A stretch of DNA of 64,000 nt from the human T2T-CHM13v2.0 reference genome, Homo sapiens. Each line of letters starts with the position of its first letter. Position 1 is the stretch's first letter. Under the pieces are notes generated by a model. It was not told where the DNA came from. It was given only the letters and a program-made list of their open reading frames with translations, and did not search any database. Made by a program: the position numbers and the translations under genes. This document shows, piece after piece, positions 39,106 to 56,029 of the stretch. The stretch lies in NCBI RefSeq assembly GCF_009914755.1, contig NC_060940.1; one strand, written 5' to 3'.

Positions 39106-39453
39106 TCCACAAAGCATGATGACACAAGTCCTGCCCCACTGTGTGTTCCCATCCAACTCACTGATGGAGGTCACCCCTCTAAGTATTTCCACAACCACCT
39201 GAGCAAACACTTACTGAAGAAGGGTGTCAACGTCACGCCACGGGAAGGCCATGAGCCTGCCCACCCCCTCCCCCGGGAGCACCTGTCTCCATGCCTGCAG
39301 CACCATCATCCCGCCCTCAACAGTGGCGCTGTGCGGGGCTGGCCAGAGCACATCGCCCTCGCAGGGGGCTTGCTGTGGAAGTGGAAGTTCTATTTGTGCA
39401 CGTTCCAGAGTGGGTTCTAGAGCTGCCTCCCTTCCCTTTCAGTCTCACCATAG

Positions 39454-39764
<311 letters not shown>

Positions 39765-40406
39765 AGGAATAACAGAGAATATTTCTACTGAATTCACGAC
39801 TGTCCTGTGCTTGGCTTTATACTCATTAAACATATATGAATTTTTAAAAAGATAAATAACACATAAGCCAATACTGAGACTGAGACATAAATTGACTGGA
39901 ATAGGTTTTGAGGACATAACCATCTAACCCTCTGGTTCCCAAATGTGATTAGATTTTAAGTAATTGAGGATAGGAAAACACAGGAAAGTCTCCTAGGAGC
40001 TGTCTCTATCTGCTCTCTTCCCTTTTTTTCTTCTTCCCACTCTTTCTTGAATCCATTACAATTCTAGCCTGAAGACTGAAATGGCTCATGGAAAAAAATC
40101 ACCAATGATCTCCATCCACACAGCCAAATTCCATGCTCAAATCAATCCTCACCTTACTCAACCTACCAAGAGAAAGAGATCCAGAAGTCAACCCAGTAGC
40201 TTCCAAAGACTAGGCACATAGTTATAAACAATTTTGTTACTGACGTGTCAGCTTTTAATCAGTTATGACCACTGTTGTTCATGTTAATTTCTTGCAATCA
40301 CTCCTAAGAAAAAAAAATTCTCTCATTCCAAATTACAAACAACCAAATTACAAACATCTGGAACAAAACTCTTCCAAAGGAAACAAACAACTACTTTTAT
40401 TGTTAA

Positions 40407-40960
<554 letters not shown>

Positions 40961-42722
40961 TGACAAGGTGTGTTCACCTATTCTCATCACGTAACACTGA
41001 TGGATTCCATACCTAATTTATCAATCTAAGACATTACTGGACCACGTAACCTTACATATAACTACCTGACCATATTTTCACATGAAGTTGCTGCTGCTTA
41101 TTATACATCAAAGTTCACGTCAATGTGGCATGAAGTCAAGAGGATTCCAAGCAAACTCCATCAAAACCTTGGGGCTCACAGCATCTCCCAGTGTGTAGAT
41201 TTTCACATCTAAGTTCTGAAGACATGATCTAAGCATGGAAGAACTTCTGAAGTTGACCACTGATCTTCTGAGTGCAAGTCACATCTGGAAATCCTGTAGG
41301 CAATGTCATGGGCAAAATTGTGTTCATAAAACTGTGCTTAGGTCTGCTTATGATAGATTATCACGTCACGAAAAAAATGCCACAGAAGTCCAGACTTTTA
41401 ACCAATCTACTAGCTTCTGCATCAGTATCACAATGCCGAGCTCTGAATTTTAAATGTGCACATATTGTCATATTCATATAGTGACTTAGAGTTTTCAAAG
41501 CACTAGGTACATGGTCCTCAAAAATGGTTGGCTTTATATGACCCAAACTAAGGACATTTCACAGGTTTCAATGTTAACGCGTATTGTGAGGGTTTGTGCA
41601 TAATTATCTTCACACCAGTAAAGGTATTCACTACAATACATAAATTCATTACACAAACCAAGAATAAGCTTCTAACTTATATTGACAGATATGTCACACA
41701 CGTAATTTGTCCATATTTTACTATTCCATAAATACTTACTATTTCTATCAATAATGCTACTGGAATGGAATAATATTACATAGAAAAACGTAGGAAAACC
41801 AGATATAACAAGCTCTAAAGGGCTAAATTTCAGTTATAAAATGGGTCAGAGGCTGAGAAATCACTATTTATCCACAAGAATTGCCTTATAAATCAAAAGA
41901 TGACTGCAGGTTTCTCTTACATATCCAAATCTAGGAATAAGTTCATTCCATAGCAGATTTGAAAAAACACAAATATAATGTAGGAAGTAATATCATTCAT
42001 GGCAAACCAACAGGATGAAATTTGGTAGGCTTATTTAGGATGAAAAGGAATAATCTAGATTGTTTTAATACCCTATAAGAGTCCATGTTAAGTCACCCTG
42101 ACAAAAAATCTTTTTAAAAATATGGTAACCATAAATAAAGTTGCTCAAAGGCACCACACACACGCACACACACGGTTCTCTAATGAAATACCAGTTGAAG
42201 TGCAGCATTTTCATTACAGATAGTCAAACAGCTAGAGCTATACAATACACACAGATTTTTCCTAATAGTACCAGCAATCTTAGTTACAAAATAATACTTT
42301 TCAGTAGTCTTTCTTGATGCACATTTAAAAACCAGCACAACTCCTCTAGTGAAATGGTCAATTTCCCTTAAAAAACAACATCTGAAATTATAAGACCTGA
42401 CAAATCATATTATATTTCAATATTAGACTGCTGTGGCTCTAGAACAACAGAAAAGCGTAACTTTCAAACAGCTTAGGGAAAAAGCACTGAAATGTAGATG
42501 TCGTCAATCAGCCTCAGGCATTATTGATCCTGTGCCATCCACACACCCTTAAGGTTTTTCACAGCACTCTGACGGTATTATGTGTGTTTTGCAAATGACG
42601 AATCAACAGTATGCTGAATAATCAGCAATGAAACACAGGAGATAAATTAAATGTGTTTTTCCAAATGTCAGAATATCGAGGTTCCCAGGAGTTGGCAAAA
42701 CTTCTCAAGTGGCCATCCAGAC

Positions 42723-42821
42723 TCAGGCTGTGCAGGATAAGGCTTCCTTACGTAGTGAACGGTTGAGAATATTTGCTCCCCACACCCAGAGCCATTCAGG
42801 CATATACTGTGCAAAAAGAAA
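42723..42821 (-). CDS. HSDL1: HSDL1 exon 6, coding part ([32 protein letters not shown])
   Basis: tttttag| acceptor; CTAAC branch point ~33 nt upstream; TGA at 42725-42723. Confidence 0.93.
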   Translation of the reverse strand, partial: FLFAQYMPEWLWVWGANILNRSLRKEALSCTA

Positions 42822-42902
42822 CTAAAAATGAAAGAGAAAAAGGTTGTAAGGTTAGAACCCAAAATCAACACTGAAGGAACAAGTACACAGACCAGCACAT
42901 GA

Positions 42903-43705
42903 AACCCACCAATCACAACAAATACCCACCAATCAATCACAACAAATACCCACCAATCACAACAAATACCCACCAATCAATCACAACAAATACCCACCAA
43001 TCACAACAAATACCCACCAATCACAACAAATACCCACCAATCAATCATAACAAATACCCACCAATCACAATACACACCAATCAAACAAATAACCCACCAA
43101 TCACAATACCCACCAATCAAACAAATACCCACCAATCACAACAAATACCCACCAAGCAATCACAACAAATACCCACCAATCAATCACAACAAATACCCAC
43201 CAATCACAACAAATACCCACCAATCACAACAAATACCCACCAAGCAATCACAACAAATACCCACCAATCAATCACAACAAATACCCACCAATCACAACAA
43301 ATACCCACCAATCACAACAAATACCCACCAATCACAATAAATACCCACCAATCAATCACAACAAATACCCACCAGTCACAACAAATACCCACCAATCACA
43401 ACAAATACCCACCAATCAATCACAACAAATACCTACCAATCACAAACACCCACCAATCAATCACAATACCCACCAATCAATCACAACAAATACCCACCAA
43501 TCACATTACCCACCAATCAATCACAATAAATACCCACCAATCACAATACCCACCAATCAATCACAATAAATACCCACCAATCGATCCCAACAAATACCCA
43601 CCAATCACAATAAATACCCACCGATCAATCACAACAAATACCCACCAATCAATCACAACAAATACCCACCAGTCACAACAAATACCCACCAATCACATTA
43701 AATAC
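42903..43705. repeat. Minisatellite/VNTR, 20/24-bp unit AATCACAACAAATACCCACC(AATC), roughly 35-40 copies
   Basis: Directly visible; almost no G on the + strand. Confidence 0.97.
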
Positions 43706-43915
43706 AACAAAGGAAAAAGCCTCCAGGTACTACTGTACTGAATACCTACTTTTGCCTAAGATCTTACCCTAGATTCTACATGGAACAGAAACATGACCAC
43801 CACCCACCTACCCGACTTTCTGTAATGAGGCTGGACTGTCCTGCATGTAAATACAATTCTGTCTTTACTTAACGTGATATGAACAAAATGTTCACTGGTT
43901 AAGAACCACAAAATC

Positions 43916-44213
43916 GGCTGGGCGCGCTGGCTCATGCCTGTAATCCCAACACTTTGGGAGGCCGAGGCGGGTGGATCATGAGGTCAGGAGATCGAGACCA
44001 TCCTGGCTAACAGGGTGAAACCCCATCTCTACTAAAAATACAAAAAATTAGCCAGGCGTGGTGGCGGGAGCCTGTAGTCCCAGCTACTCAGGAGGCAGAG
44101 GCAGGAAAATGGTGTGAACCGGGGAGGCGGAGCTTGCAGTGAGCCGAGATCGCGGCACTGCACTCCAGCCTGGGCAACAGAGCAAAACTCTGTCTCAAAA
44201 AAAAAAAAAAAAA
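43916..44213 (+). mobile_element. AluY
   Basis: AluY-type GATCGAGACCATCCTGGCTAAC; TSD accacaaaatc. Confidence 0.9.
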
Positions 44214-44424
44214 CACCACAAAATCATTATAGGAATAAATCAGTTGGAACAGACAGACGCATACGTGGTTAGTACTCTATGAGAAAACTGGGGCTTGAGG
44301 GGTAGTATGGAACAAAGTTCAACAAGAAAACAGGTCAGAAACACCAGTACCTTGGGATGGTATCTTGACCTATGATGGGGGTGCTCAGGGGACCAGGGAA
44401 GGGAGTCCTGCTGATGCTGCTCTG

Positions 44425-44640
44425 CTTCAGGGTCTCACTCAGGGCCTTTGTGCTAGCAGCAGACATAGGGCAATGTCTGAAAACAAATTTGGTCGTCACA
44501 CTGGGAGTGGATGCTACTGGTATCTAGTGGGTGGAGGCCCAGGATGGTGTTCAACATCCTACAATACACAGGACGCTCCCCATGTCAAGGAATTACCTGC
44601 TCTCAATGCCAACAGTGCTGAGGTGGAGAAAGCCTACACT
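44425..44640 (+). mobile_element. MER20 hAT element
   Basis: ggcaatgtctgaaaacaaatttggtcgtcacactggg...tgctactggtatctagtgggtggaggcc...agtgctgaggtggagaaagcct. Confidence 0.75.
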
Positions 44641-45302
44641 CCTCTAACAGATTTGTTCAGAACCGAATGAAAGTTCTAACACCGTGTATACGAAAGAGAA
44701 GAGAGACAGGCCCTTGGCAAGTACTGACATTCTAGTCTTGAACTGAACTGATGAATGATAATAGAGGTCATTCAATCCTCTTGTCAATAAATGGACACAG
44801 GTTACTCTCCAGGGAGGACACACCCACACCCACACACACACACACTCACGCACTTTGTGAACAAAATCACAGCAGCAAAAGCTATCAGAGAAATATGCCA
44901 TGGACAAAACAGCAAAGGATGAATCAAATCTTTGATGTAAAATTGGAAATAAAAAATGATAGTGTTGAAAATAATTTGAGTAACATAAAATGAAAACAGA
45001 AAGTTTTAACAACTTTATACAGAAAACTACTCCAGGAATTAAATCAGCTTAACAGAATTTCTTGGCAGAAAAATACATTCTCAAGGAAAGTTTATCAATG
45101 TGAACAAAATTTAATTTTGAGTAAACTGTTCGTGTTTTATAAACACAGTCAAAACATCTACTGCACCTAAACCTGATCCTCATATCTTTATTTCTAAAAA
45201 AATTTTATGGTCAGTGACTTCTAAGACTACTTTTTAGGTTTCTCTGCTTTTCTCAAGTAATTAAAGGACCTGGAAACAACTACTTAAATAAAACTGTTTC
45301 TT

Positions 45303-47502
<2,200 letters not shown>

Positions 47503-47641
47503 TTAACCAAAATTATTAAGTGTCAGGCTTAAGAGTCAGAATTTACAATTCTCATCTTAGGCTTTAATCAGATTTCTCTGTATCACTGAGATAGGTTCAT
47601 GATGCATTAATCTAATTATGAGACCTGAAGCACACTCCTAC

Positions 47642-47869
47642 CTGAATAGAATGGGACCAATATCCTGTGGTCCTTTTGGAAATCCCAAGAGTAGAAACAG
47701 CATGATGTGCATAGACTTTTGGCGAAGGCACCAACCACGAGCACCTGTGCAGAAAGTTGCTGGGTGCTGTCATGCTGGTGGCTACATAGAAAGGGATTAG
47801 ACTCTGTACAAAGATTCCTTTAGAGGCATATTCATATTGCAAGGCTCTGCTGAAGTGGTCTAAATAAGC
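47642..47869 (-). CDS. HSDL1: HSDL1 exon 5 ([14 protein letters not shown]...[10 protein letters not shown])
   Basis: 228 nt; lies within ORF 47612..47953; caacag| and CAG|gtagga. Confidence 0.96.
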
Positions 47870-48079
47870 CTGTTGAGACAGAGGGGAGGAAAAGACTTTT
47901 AATTCTGGGTGAACTTGAAAATTCAGGAGAAAAAAAGACTTGCTTATTATCAATTCAGGAAAAAATACAGGATAAGCATATGTGAGTTGCTGACAAAGAG
48001 TTCAACAAATCAGACCAAACAACTGTTAATAAATGTTCTGTGGCATTAGGATTTCATCTTCCAGTAAGTAACATCTGAC

Positions 48080-48525
48080 CTTAGAAGCAGAAAATGCAGC
48101 CAGCTGAGGAGTGGGTTTGCAGCAGGAGCCAGAAGAGATCGTGACGATGGCACCTTTCTTTCTCTCCACCATTCCCGGTAACACAACATGGACCATCAAA
48201 CTAGCGGCGGCAATGTTCACATTTATGATGTCCCAGAGCTTGTCCTCGGACAGCTGAGTGAAATACTGCGGGTAGGGATAAAACACACCCACGTTATTTA
48301 CCAAGATGCCAACGTCTTTGTCCTTCAGGGCTTCTCGAATTGGAAGGTAGATCTCACGACCGCTGCTGAAGTCCGCAACTATAATATCAGTTTCCACTTT
48401 GTACGTGTCGGCTATGTCTTTAGCAACAACCTGCAACTTCTCCTCGTTCCGACTAATCAGGATTATATTGAGACCTCGGCTTGCTAACTCTTCAGCGTAG
48501 GCTTTTCCAATCCCATCTGTTGCAC
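48080..48525 (-). CDS. HSDL1: HSDL1 exon 4 ([10 protein letters not shown]...LVNNVG...AAFSASK)
   Basis: 446 nt; Rossmann GxxxGxG motif, NNxG motif, FxxxK in place of YxxxK; cctag| and AAG|gtcaga. Confidence 0.97.
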
Positions 48526-49195
48526 CTAGGATGCAAGTCAGGAAAAGTGAGCATGTGTATTTCACGGTGTGACCCTTAAAATGGACCCAAAGTACCCCCT
48601 GTCAGGTTTAGTCAGAGAAAAATTCACACTAGAAATCAAGTCGGTTCTAGTATCTACAAGTCAAGGACACTGTTGCTGAATGAGGAATGTGAAGGGCGCA
48701 TGCTATACACTCTCCCAGACATCCTGACACACGGACAGGGAGTTATTTTACATTCACCATATTGGTTAGGAGACACAGTAGGAATTTGTTTTCAAACTAC
48801 TATCTGGCTTGAATGAGTGGCAGGAGGTGCTTTTCTGGGAAATCTTCATAAATTAAAATGAAATTCAAAATAGGTGAAGCATTTCTGAAAGTGGCAACAC
48901 TTTCAAGACAATTTTAAAACAGAGAACAAAAAGGAAAAGCACATAGTAGGAAGTGGGTCTGGAGGAGGACTGGGAACAGGAGAGAGCAGAATAGGAAGGA
49001 TACCAATCATGAGGCCAGTTCTTCCTAAGATGAGAGCAGTAAGAAAATGAAATGTGAACATAATCACGGCAGGAGCCATAAGTTTTATTTTTTTATCAGC
49101 ATGTTCCCATAAAAACACCACATTAAATTCAATAGCTCCTTGAATAATGCATCCGACTTCACAGAAAAGATTATTTTGATTATAAAGTAGGTTAC

Positions 49196-49415
49196 CGCTG
49201 ACAACGGCCCATCTTCCATACTGCTTGATCAAGTCTGCTCTGCTCCCCAGGCGGGGGATAAAATGCAGCCTGATCAGGCTGTAAAAGTCACAGATGACAG
49301 TGATGCTTTTTCTGGCCGTATACCAGGCTCCAACCAAAGCTAGAGCTTCCATATAGCAATTGCAAGACCTGGCGATTTCCCTGTACAAGAGGTAGAAACT
49401 GTCAACAGCAGCCAT
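49196..49415 (-). CDS. HSDL1: HSDL1 exon 3, coding part ([17 protein letters not shown]...YGRWAVVS)
   Basis: Strong Kozak gccATGg at 49415; acceptor at 49421; 220 nt to GCG|gtaacc. Confidence 0.96.
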
Positions 49416-49505
49416 GGCAACCTGCAGGGAGAGGGAAAGAGAGAGAGCCTCTTTGATTAATAAATTAAAGGAACATACACAGTCTGAGTGAAGACATCCA
49501 GCTGA

Positions 49506-50121
<616 letters not shown>

Positions 50122-51556
50122 TAAAGTTACTTTCTTCCAAGGAGACTAATCAACATAACTACCAGAAGTTACCAAATTCCCACTAAAATTCAGGTACTAC
50201 ACTACATGCTGTGGCTACAGAGATAAACACAATATGCTCTGTGCCTGTAACATGCTCCTAGTCTAATAATAACAAACACAAAGCTTCTAATTCATACAGC
50301 AGAGGTACATGTATTTCTTTGCTTTATTCATAATCAGCAAGAATGGAGGACCTACTACCTGTGTAGGGACAAAGGAGATGAAACAGAGGTGGCACTAAGA
50401 CATGGCCTTGGCCTCAAAAGCTTACAATCCACTGGAGACAAAACTCAGCTTTCAAAAACCTTTACATCAATTAAAAAAAAAATTTTTTTTAAAGAGATAC
50501 CCTCCAAGCTTGGAAAAATGGCTTCTCAAATGACAATAGAGGGAGCACTCCTCCATCTTCTAACTTAATTTGTAACCATTATGTTGCCTGGTCTCTTACA
50601 TTTGAGGAAAGAAAAGTCCAACACAACTCTGTTGAGTGTCCACATAGCAAGTATATACTAAGCACCTACTATGTTCTATGTACTGTGATTCAAAGGATTC
50701 ACAGATGAACTAAATGACCGTCCCTAGGTGAAGACGCAGACATTTAACAAAATAATGTAAAATGCCACATGATGTGGTAGGTGTGTGCCTGCAATCAGAG
50801 ATAACCCTGCAGAAGTAGACAAAGGCCAGGCATGGGGGGTCTGGCCACAGACCGAGTGAGTGGACTTCATATCAGGCTAAACCAACCGTGTGCATCCTGC
50901 GAAAGACAAAATATCAAAACAACTGCAATAGACTACACTTATATTACAGGGAACTCAGATACACACAAACCCAAGGACACAGCTTATATTCTAAAAAGAA
51001 CATGATTTTAAGCCAAAAGAAAAAGAAATATAAAACTTCTGGGGGTGGCAACTTTTGAAGAAATCCCTTTAAAATAGAAAAAAAAAAAAAAAGTCTGGAT
51101 ACTAAGAAAATACCCAACAATAGCAGCACAAATTAGCCTAAGTTTGAGAAAGAATGGGGAATTCCCTCCTACTCCACTGCAGTGTAATCTGAGCTCAACA
51201 AAGTTTTGCAAAGTAAAAAAGGAACCAAGCAGAAGAAAACAAATGAACCACTGAAACGGAACACATACAAGAATGGCACCATATTGTGATAAAAGGCATA
51301 TAAAATAATTTTAAAACTATTGAATAAATATATATAAATGTGTAGTGTGAATTACAAATCAACAAAACGTACACAAGAAATATGACTGAAAACTGAAGAA
51401 ATGGAGAAGCAGTAGGATTCCTAAATGCCCTACGATAAGGAAACAATCTCTCTAAAAAAGAAAGTTTCATACTGGTACCGTATTAAGTTGATATTGCTGC
51501 TATATTAAGTTACCAAATTAAGCCAATGTGGCATTAAGTTTAAAAAATGTTTTCCT

Positions 51557-53370
51557 CAGCCGGGCGCGGTGGCTCATGCCTATAATCCCAGCACTTTGGG
51601 AGGCCAAGGCAGGTGGTCAGGAGTTCAAGACCAGTCTGGCCAAGATGGTGAAACCTCGTCTCTATTAAAAATACAAAAATTAGCTGGGCATGGTGGTGGG
51701 CACATGTAATCCCAGCTACTTGGGAGGCTGAGGCACAGAACTGCTTGAACCCGGGAGGAGGAAGTTACAGTGAGCCGAGATCATGCCACTGCGCTCCAGC
51801 CTGGGCGACAGAGTGAGACTCCATCTCGAAACAAACAAACAAAAAAGTTTTCCTCAAATGAAAAGTTGGGCCCCTTTATTCCCTACAGGTAAAATGCTGT
51901 CCACTGGGGCTCTGTGCACAGAAACTCACCTCCCACAATGAGAATGCCAAAGTTCATCATGAAAAGGAAACATTTTAAATTTGACTAAGTACATAAACCA
52001 AATACTTAAGCTAAAAACAACTAAAATAAATGCTCCTTTGGGGTAATTTTTCTTTATGAACCAGATTGGCTGAGATGACCTAAAATATGAGCTGTCTAGT
52101 TCAACAAAGTCTTTCTTTTTTCTGAGCAATCTTCCGTACAGCAGTCACCAATACCCCTTACTGCTCCCAAATCCTTTGATTGACAATCCTTTGAAATATA
52201 TTCAAAGTTAGGGCCCCCCCTTCAGTGTAGCGAACGAGCATACCTGTTTCCAGATCTGCATGAGAGGAAGCCGCGCCACCACCCCTCCCACAACCCTCCT
52301 GCTGCTGGATATGCTGATGACGGGCACGGTATCAGAGTTTTCACACTGGCTGTAGCCCTTGAACAGTCATAAGTACTGGACTCCCAAAGACAGGCCCAAA
52401 ACATTAATATCCTATAAGAACATTAAAAACTGACATTCCAGCCAGGGACGGTGGCTCACACCTGTAATCCCAGCACTTTGGGAGGCCGAGGTGGGCAGAT
52501 CACTTGAGGTCAGGAGTTCAAGACCAGCCTGGCCAACATGGTGAAACCTGATCTCTACTAAAAACACAAAAATTAGCCGGGTATGGTGGTGACTGCCCAG
52601 CTTGGGTGGCTGAGGAAGGAGAATCACTTGAATCAAGCAGGCGGAAGTAACAGTGAGCCAAGATTGCACCACTGCACTCCAGCCTGGGCGACAGAGTTAG
52701 ACTCCATCTCAAGAAAAACCCCAAAAAACAAACAAAAAAAACAACCGAGATTCTATGTTAGACCATCCTAAATTGTGAGTTCCGGAAATAACTCATAAAA
52801 AGTGTGGGTGCCTTTTGTCATAACTAATCAAACACAAGGCCATGAGGAAAGTAAATGCAAAAACAATTACCTGTATGTAATTACCTGTATGTACCAGGAC
52901 CTCTCAAGCAAAATGTAATAAAATTGGGAATAACAAGCTATGACTAAAGAAACCTAGACACTTGGAATATTAAGCTTATTCTTCTAATAACAGGTAGGCA
53001 TACATCTAGGCTGTTAAAACAGTGTTTTCAATGAAAAAATAGATACTACAGGCCAGCCACGGTGGCTCGCGCCTGTAGTCCCAGCACTTTGGGAGGCCGA
53101 GACGGGCGGATCACGAGGTCAGGAGATCAAAACCATCCTGGCCAACAGGGTGAAACCCTGTCTCTACTAAAAATACAAAAAATTAGCAGGGCGTGGTGGC
53201 GGGCACCTGTAGTCCCAGCTACTCAGGAGGCTGAGGCAGGAGAACGGCATGAACCGGGGAGGCAGAGCTTGCAGTGAGCCAAGATCGCGCCACTGCACTC
53301 CAGCCTGGACGACAGAGGGAGACTCCGTCTCAAAAAAGAAAAAAGAAAAAAAAAAAAAGAAAGAAAAAAC
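51557..53370 (+). mobile_element. Three Alus (~51557-51846; ~52439-52745; AluY-like ~53051-53370)
   Basis: Alu consensus; TSDs ttttcctca and agatactaca. Confidence 0.9.
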
Positions 53371-53628
53371 AGATACTACATATCAAGATCAATGGGTTGT
53401 AGCCAAAGCAGTATTTGTGGGGAAATGAGTTGCTCCAAGCCTATAGAGTAAAAGGAGGTCAGGCATGCCTCATGGAGGAACCCACACAGATGGAAGCTTC
53501 CTCCTTAAGCCCGATTTTTTTCAAGAATCTGAACCTTTTTGAAGTAAATGTCTAGCAAAAGGCGCCTGACCAACAAAGGGGGCCCCAGTTTTTCTGCTGT
53601 GGTCGTTCCCTGCCCTGGGGTCTCTTAC

Positions 53629-53690
53629 CTTCTCTCTGCCAGTTCTGGGCCGTCAGCAGTATGTGGCTCCGTCCTTCTCTTAAGGCCAAT
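53629..53690 (-). other. HSDL1: HSDL1 non-coding exon 2 (62 nt)
   Basis: ttattcacag|ATTGGC acceptor and AAG|gtaaga donor. Confidence 0.75.
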
Positions 53691-56029
53691 CTGTGAATAA
53701 AACCAACAAGAAACAAATGCCTTTCCTCTTCCTCATAGTTCAGCTGGGAAAACTTTACATTAAAGTAACATCCAAGTGCTCAAAAATTAAGAAAACACAA
53801 CAATTCTTACGCCATGAATCTCTGTAGAGGCAGCAAACCATGTACTAGGCACCAAGTACCCTCCTCTCAGAATAAGAAAAGCGCCTGGCGTCTGCTGGGG
53901 GCACAGTCCATGCGTCCTCAGGCACAGCTGGAGGGTGCCCCCTTTTCCTATGCCTTTTTTCCTAGGGAACATTTCATCAAATGGGACAAAAGCCCATTCC
54001 AATCCCAGGAGCCCTTGGGGAAACACCGCCCAGGCACCAGGCCGGCATCGGGGAAGAGAGCAGCCACAGCTGTCCTCGGTGCCTTTTTCTGCCTGGTGCC
54101 TGTCTGGGTTTCACCTGGGCCTCCCACTGCCTCACTCTGCACACCCCTTATTCAGCTCCACCTGCAGCGTTCCCTGGAACATCCACATTGCCACGGGCTG
54201 CCCTGGCTTCTCTTTCCAAATTCCTGGCAGGGATTCTGGCTCGCCCACCTTAGTTCAGGTGCCCACCACCTGTCTAATCTCCTGGCAGGGTGGCAGGGAG
54301 GAAGGCGTCCTACAGTGTTTGGGGGCAGCCCCCCTAGGCTATGAGTGGGTCAGATGCTTTAAGGAGGAAATGAAAGGAAACCCCTGGTCCACATTTTCCC
54401 TCTCCTCCACCACACACACTGCATTGCAACTGTTCTGTCTCTGACCACCCCAGCAGGCTATAGTCCTCCAGGGCAGAGGCCAGATTCTACTCCTCTCTGT
54501 TTCTCCAGCACCTTCCACAATTCCTGGCACAAAGAAGCTCAACACTACCAAGTCTCTGGCTGCAGCTCACAGGCAGTCTTCCTGTCCAGCGCTCAGCCCT
54601 CAGCTCAGGAGCGGACCACCCACAAATTCCTTTGATCCTTTACAGAAAGAAAAGCTTGTGTGCTAAACCCACCAGGGACCTCCCACTCAGGCCAGCAGAG
54701 GAGATGCACCCACTGCAGAGGTGAGTACAGGAACCTGGGGCTGAGGGGCTTCAAGCCCATCATGGCCCAGCTTCTCAACGCCCCCACTAGACACCCCTCA
54801 CCTCTTGTCAGGGGAGCGCCATCGTGTGCAAGTACCTTAAACGTGTGTTAATATTATTGTTGCTATGTATATTTTAAAAATCACAGAGCATCAGGGGGGC
54901 TGATGGCATTCAAGGTCTGGTCCTCAGCCTTGATGGATAGAAACCCAAGTTTTTCATTCCTTAGAGGCAGCTCAAGACAAAGAAATCTGACTCACATCCA
55001 CAAAACCCACAGAAGACTGATACATTCAAATGCCAAGTTAGGAATGGATAGTGAACAACACAGCGAAGAGGCCTAAACACACACGGTCACTGGTCCTACA
55101 GTCTCTCGAGATCTACATGGAAAACCAAACTTCTAGAACAGCAATGAAAAATACAAAGTGTCAGAGACTGAGGACACCATCATGAATAAACCAGGACTCC
55201 GTGCCACCCGGTATACACAGAAGTCAGAGAAAGATAAAAGGAGCAACTGCAACATGAGGTGGCAAGGGCGCCACTGGGGTGAAATGGGTCTTGAAGTGTG
55301 AGCAGAATTTCTGGGCAGAGAGGAGGGAAGGGACCTCCCTGGCCCGGGCCCATGGAGAAAGGCTCGGCACCGTCAAGGGTCTGGCCTACTCGGGAAACAT
55401 TAGGAAGTCCCCCGCATGCACAGCACAGGCTGTGCTGTCCTGTGTGACGCCCCATGTGTGCAGGCGCACAGGCGTGAAGGAGACTGGGAGAGGCAGACTG
55501 GAGATGCCTTCACGCCAGACTGGAGTGCATGGACCTCCTCCTTGAGCACCAAGGGAGGGAGCTGGTGGGGCTTGTTTAGGAAGGTAACGCAGCAGGGGAG
55601 GAGGGGGGCTCCTGAGCCCTGGTTACTCAGCTGGGGATGAAGGAGGGCCACACGGAGAGCCAAGGCTCTGTGGCCTCTGCTGCTCCTCAGCCTTGCCAGA
55701 CACTTCACACATTCACTCACACCCTGATGGGCCAAAGATGTTAGAGAACTGGAAATTAAAACTCATTCCCTGCTCTCAATCTTCTTCCCCACCCTTCTGT
55801 ACATGATGGAAAATAACATTTTTCTCATGACAAAAGAAATCAGTACTTTCCCCAGAGCCACCAAATTTCAAAAGCTCATAGCCTCTCACTGAAACTTTCA
55901 AAGGAATTTATCACACATTTAAGCCTAGAAGTCCACTTAGGCATATGTAGATAACAAGCCTCGTCAAAGTTACTTTAGGTATCTGACTAGTTACTGTTTT
56001 GTGGCTTGATTAGCGAAAGCTATTAACCT

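Noticed and set aside
42903-43705. CRISPR-like or telomere-like array
   Set aside because: No unique spacers, no cas genes and no TTAGGG units; an ordinary eukaryotic minisatellite.
42899-43741. 280-aa plus-strand ORF (TNHNKYPPI repeats)
   Set aside because: The G-poor VNTR rarely forms stop codons; no promoter, splice or homology support.
49409-49421. X-box-like GTTGCCATGGC at the HSDL1 start codon
   Set aside because: Fully explained by the splice acceptor plus Kozak sequence and the Met-Ala codons.
53685-53690. HSDL1 exon 2 and MBTPS1 exon 2 both begin ATTGGC
   Set aside because: A six-base match with no further similarity; chance.
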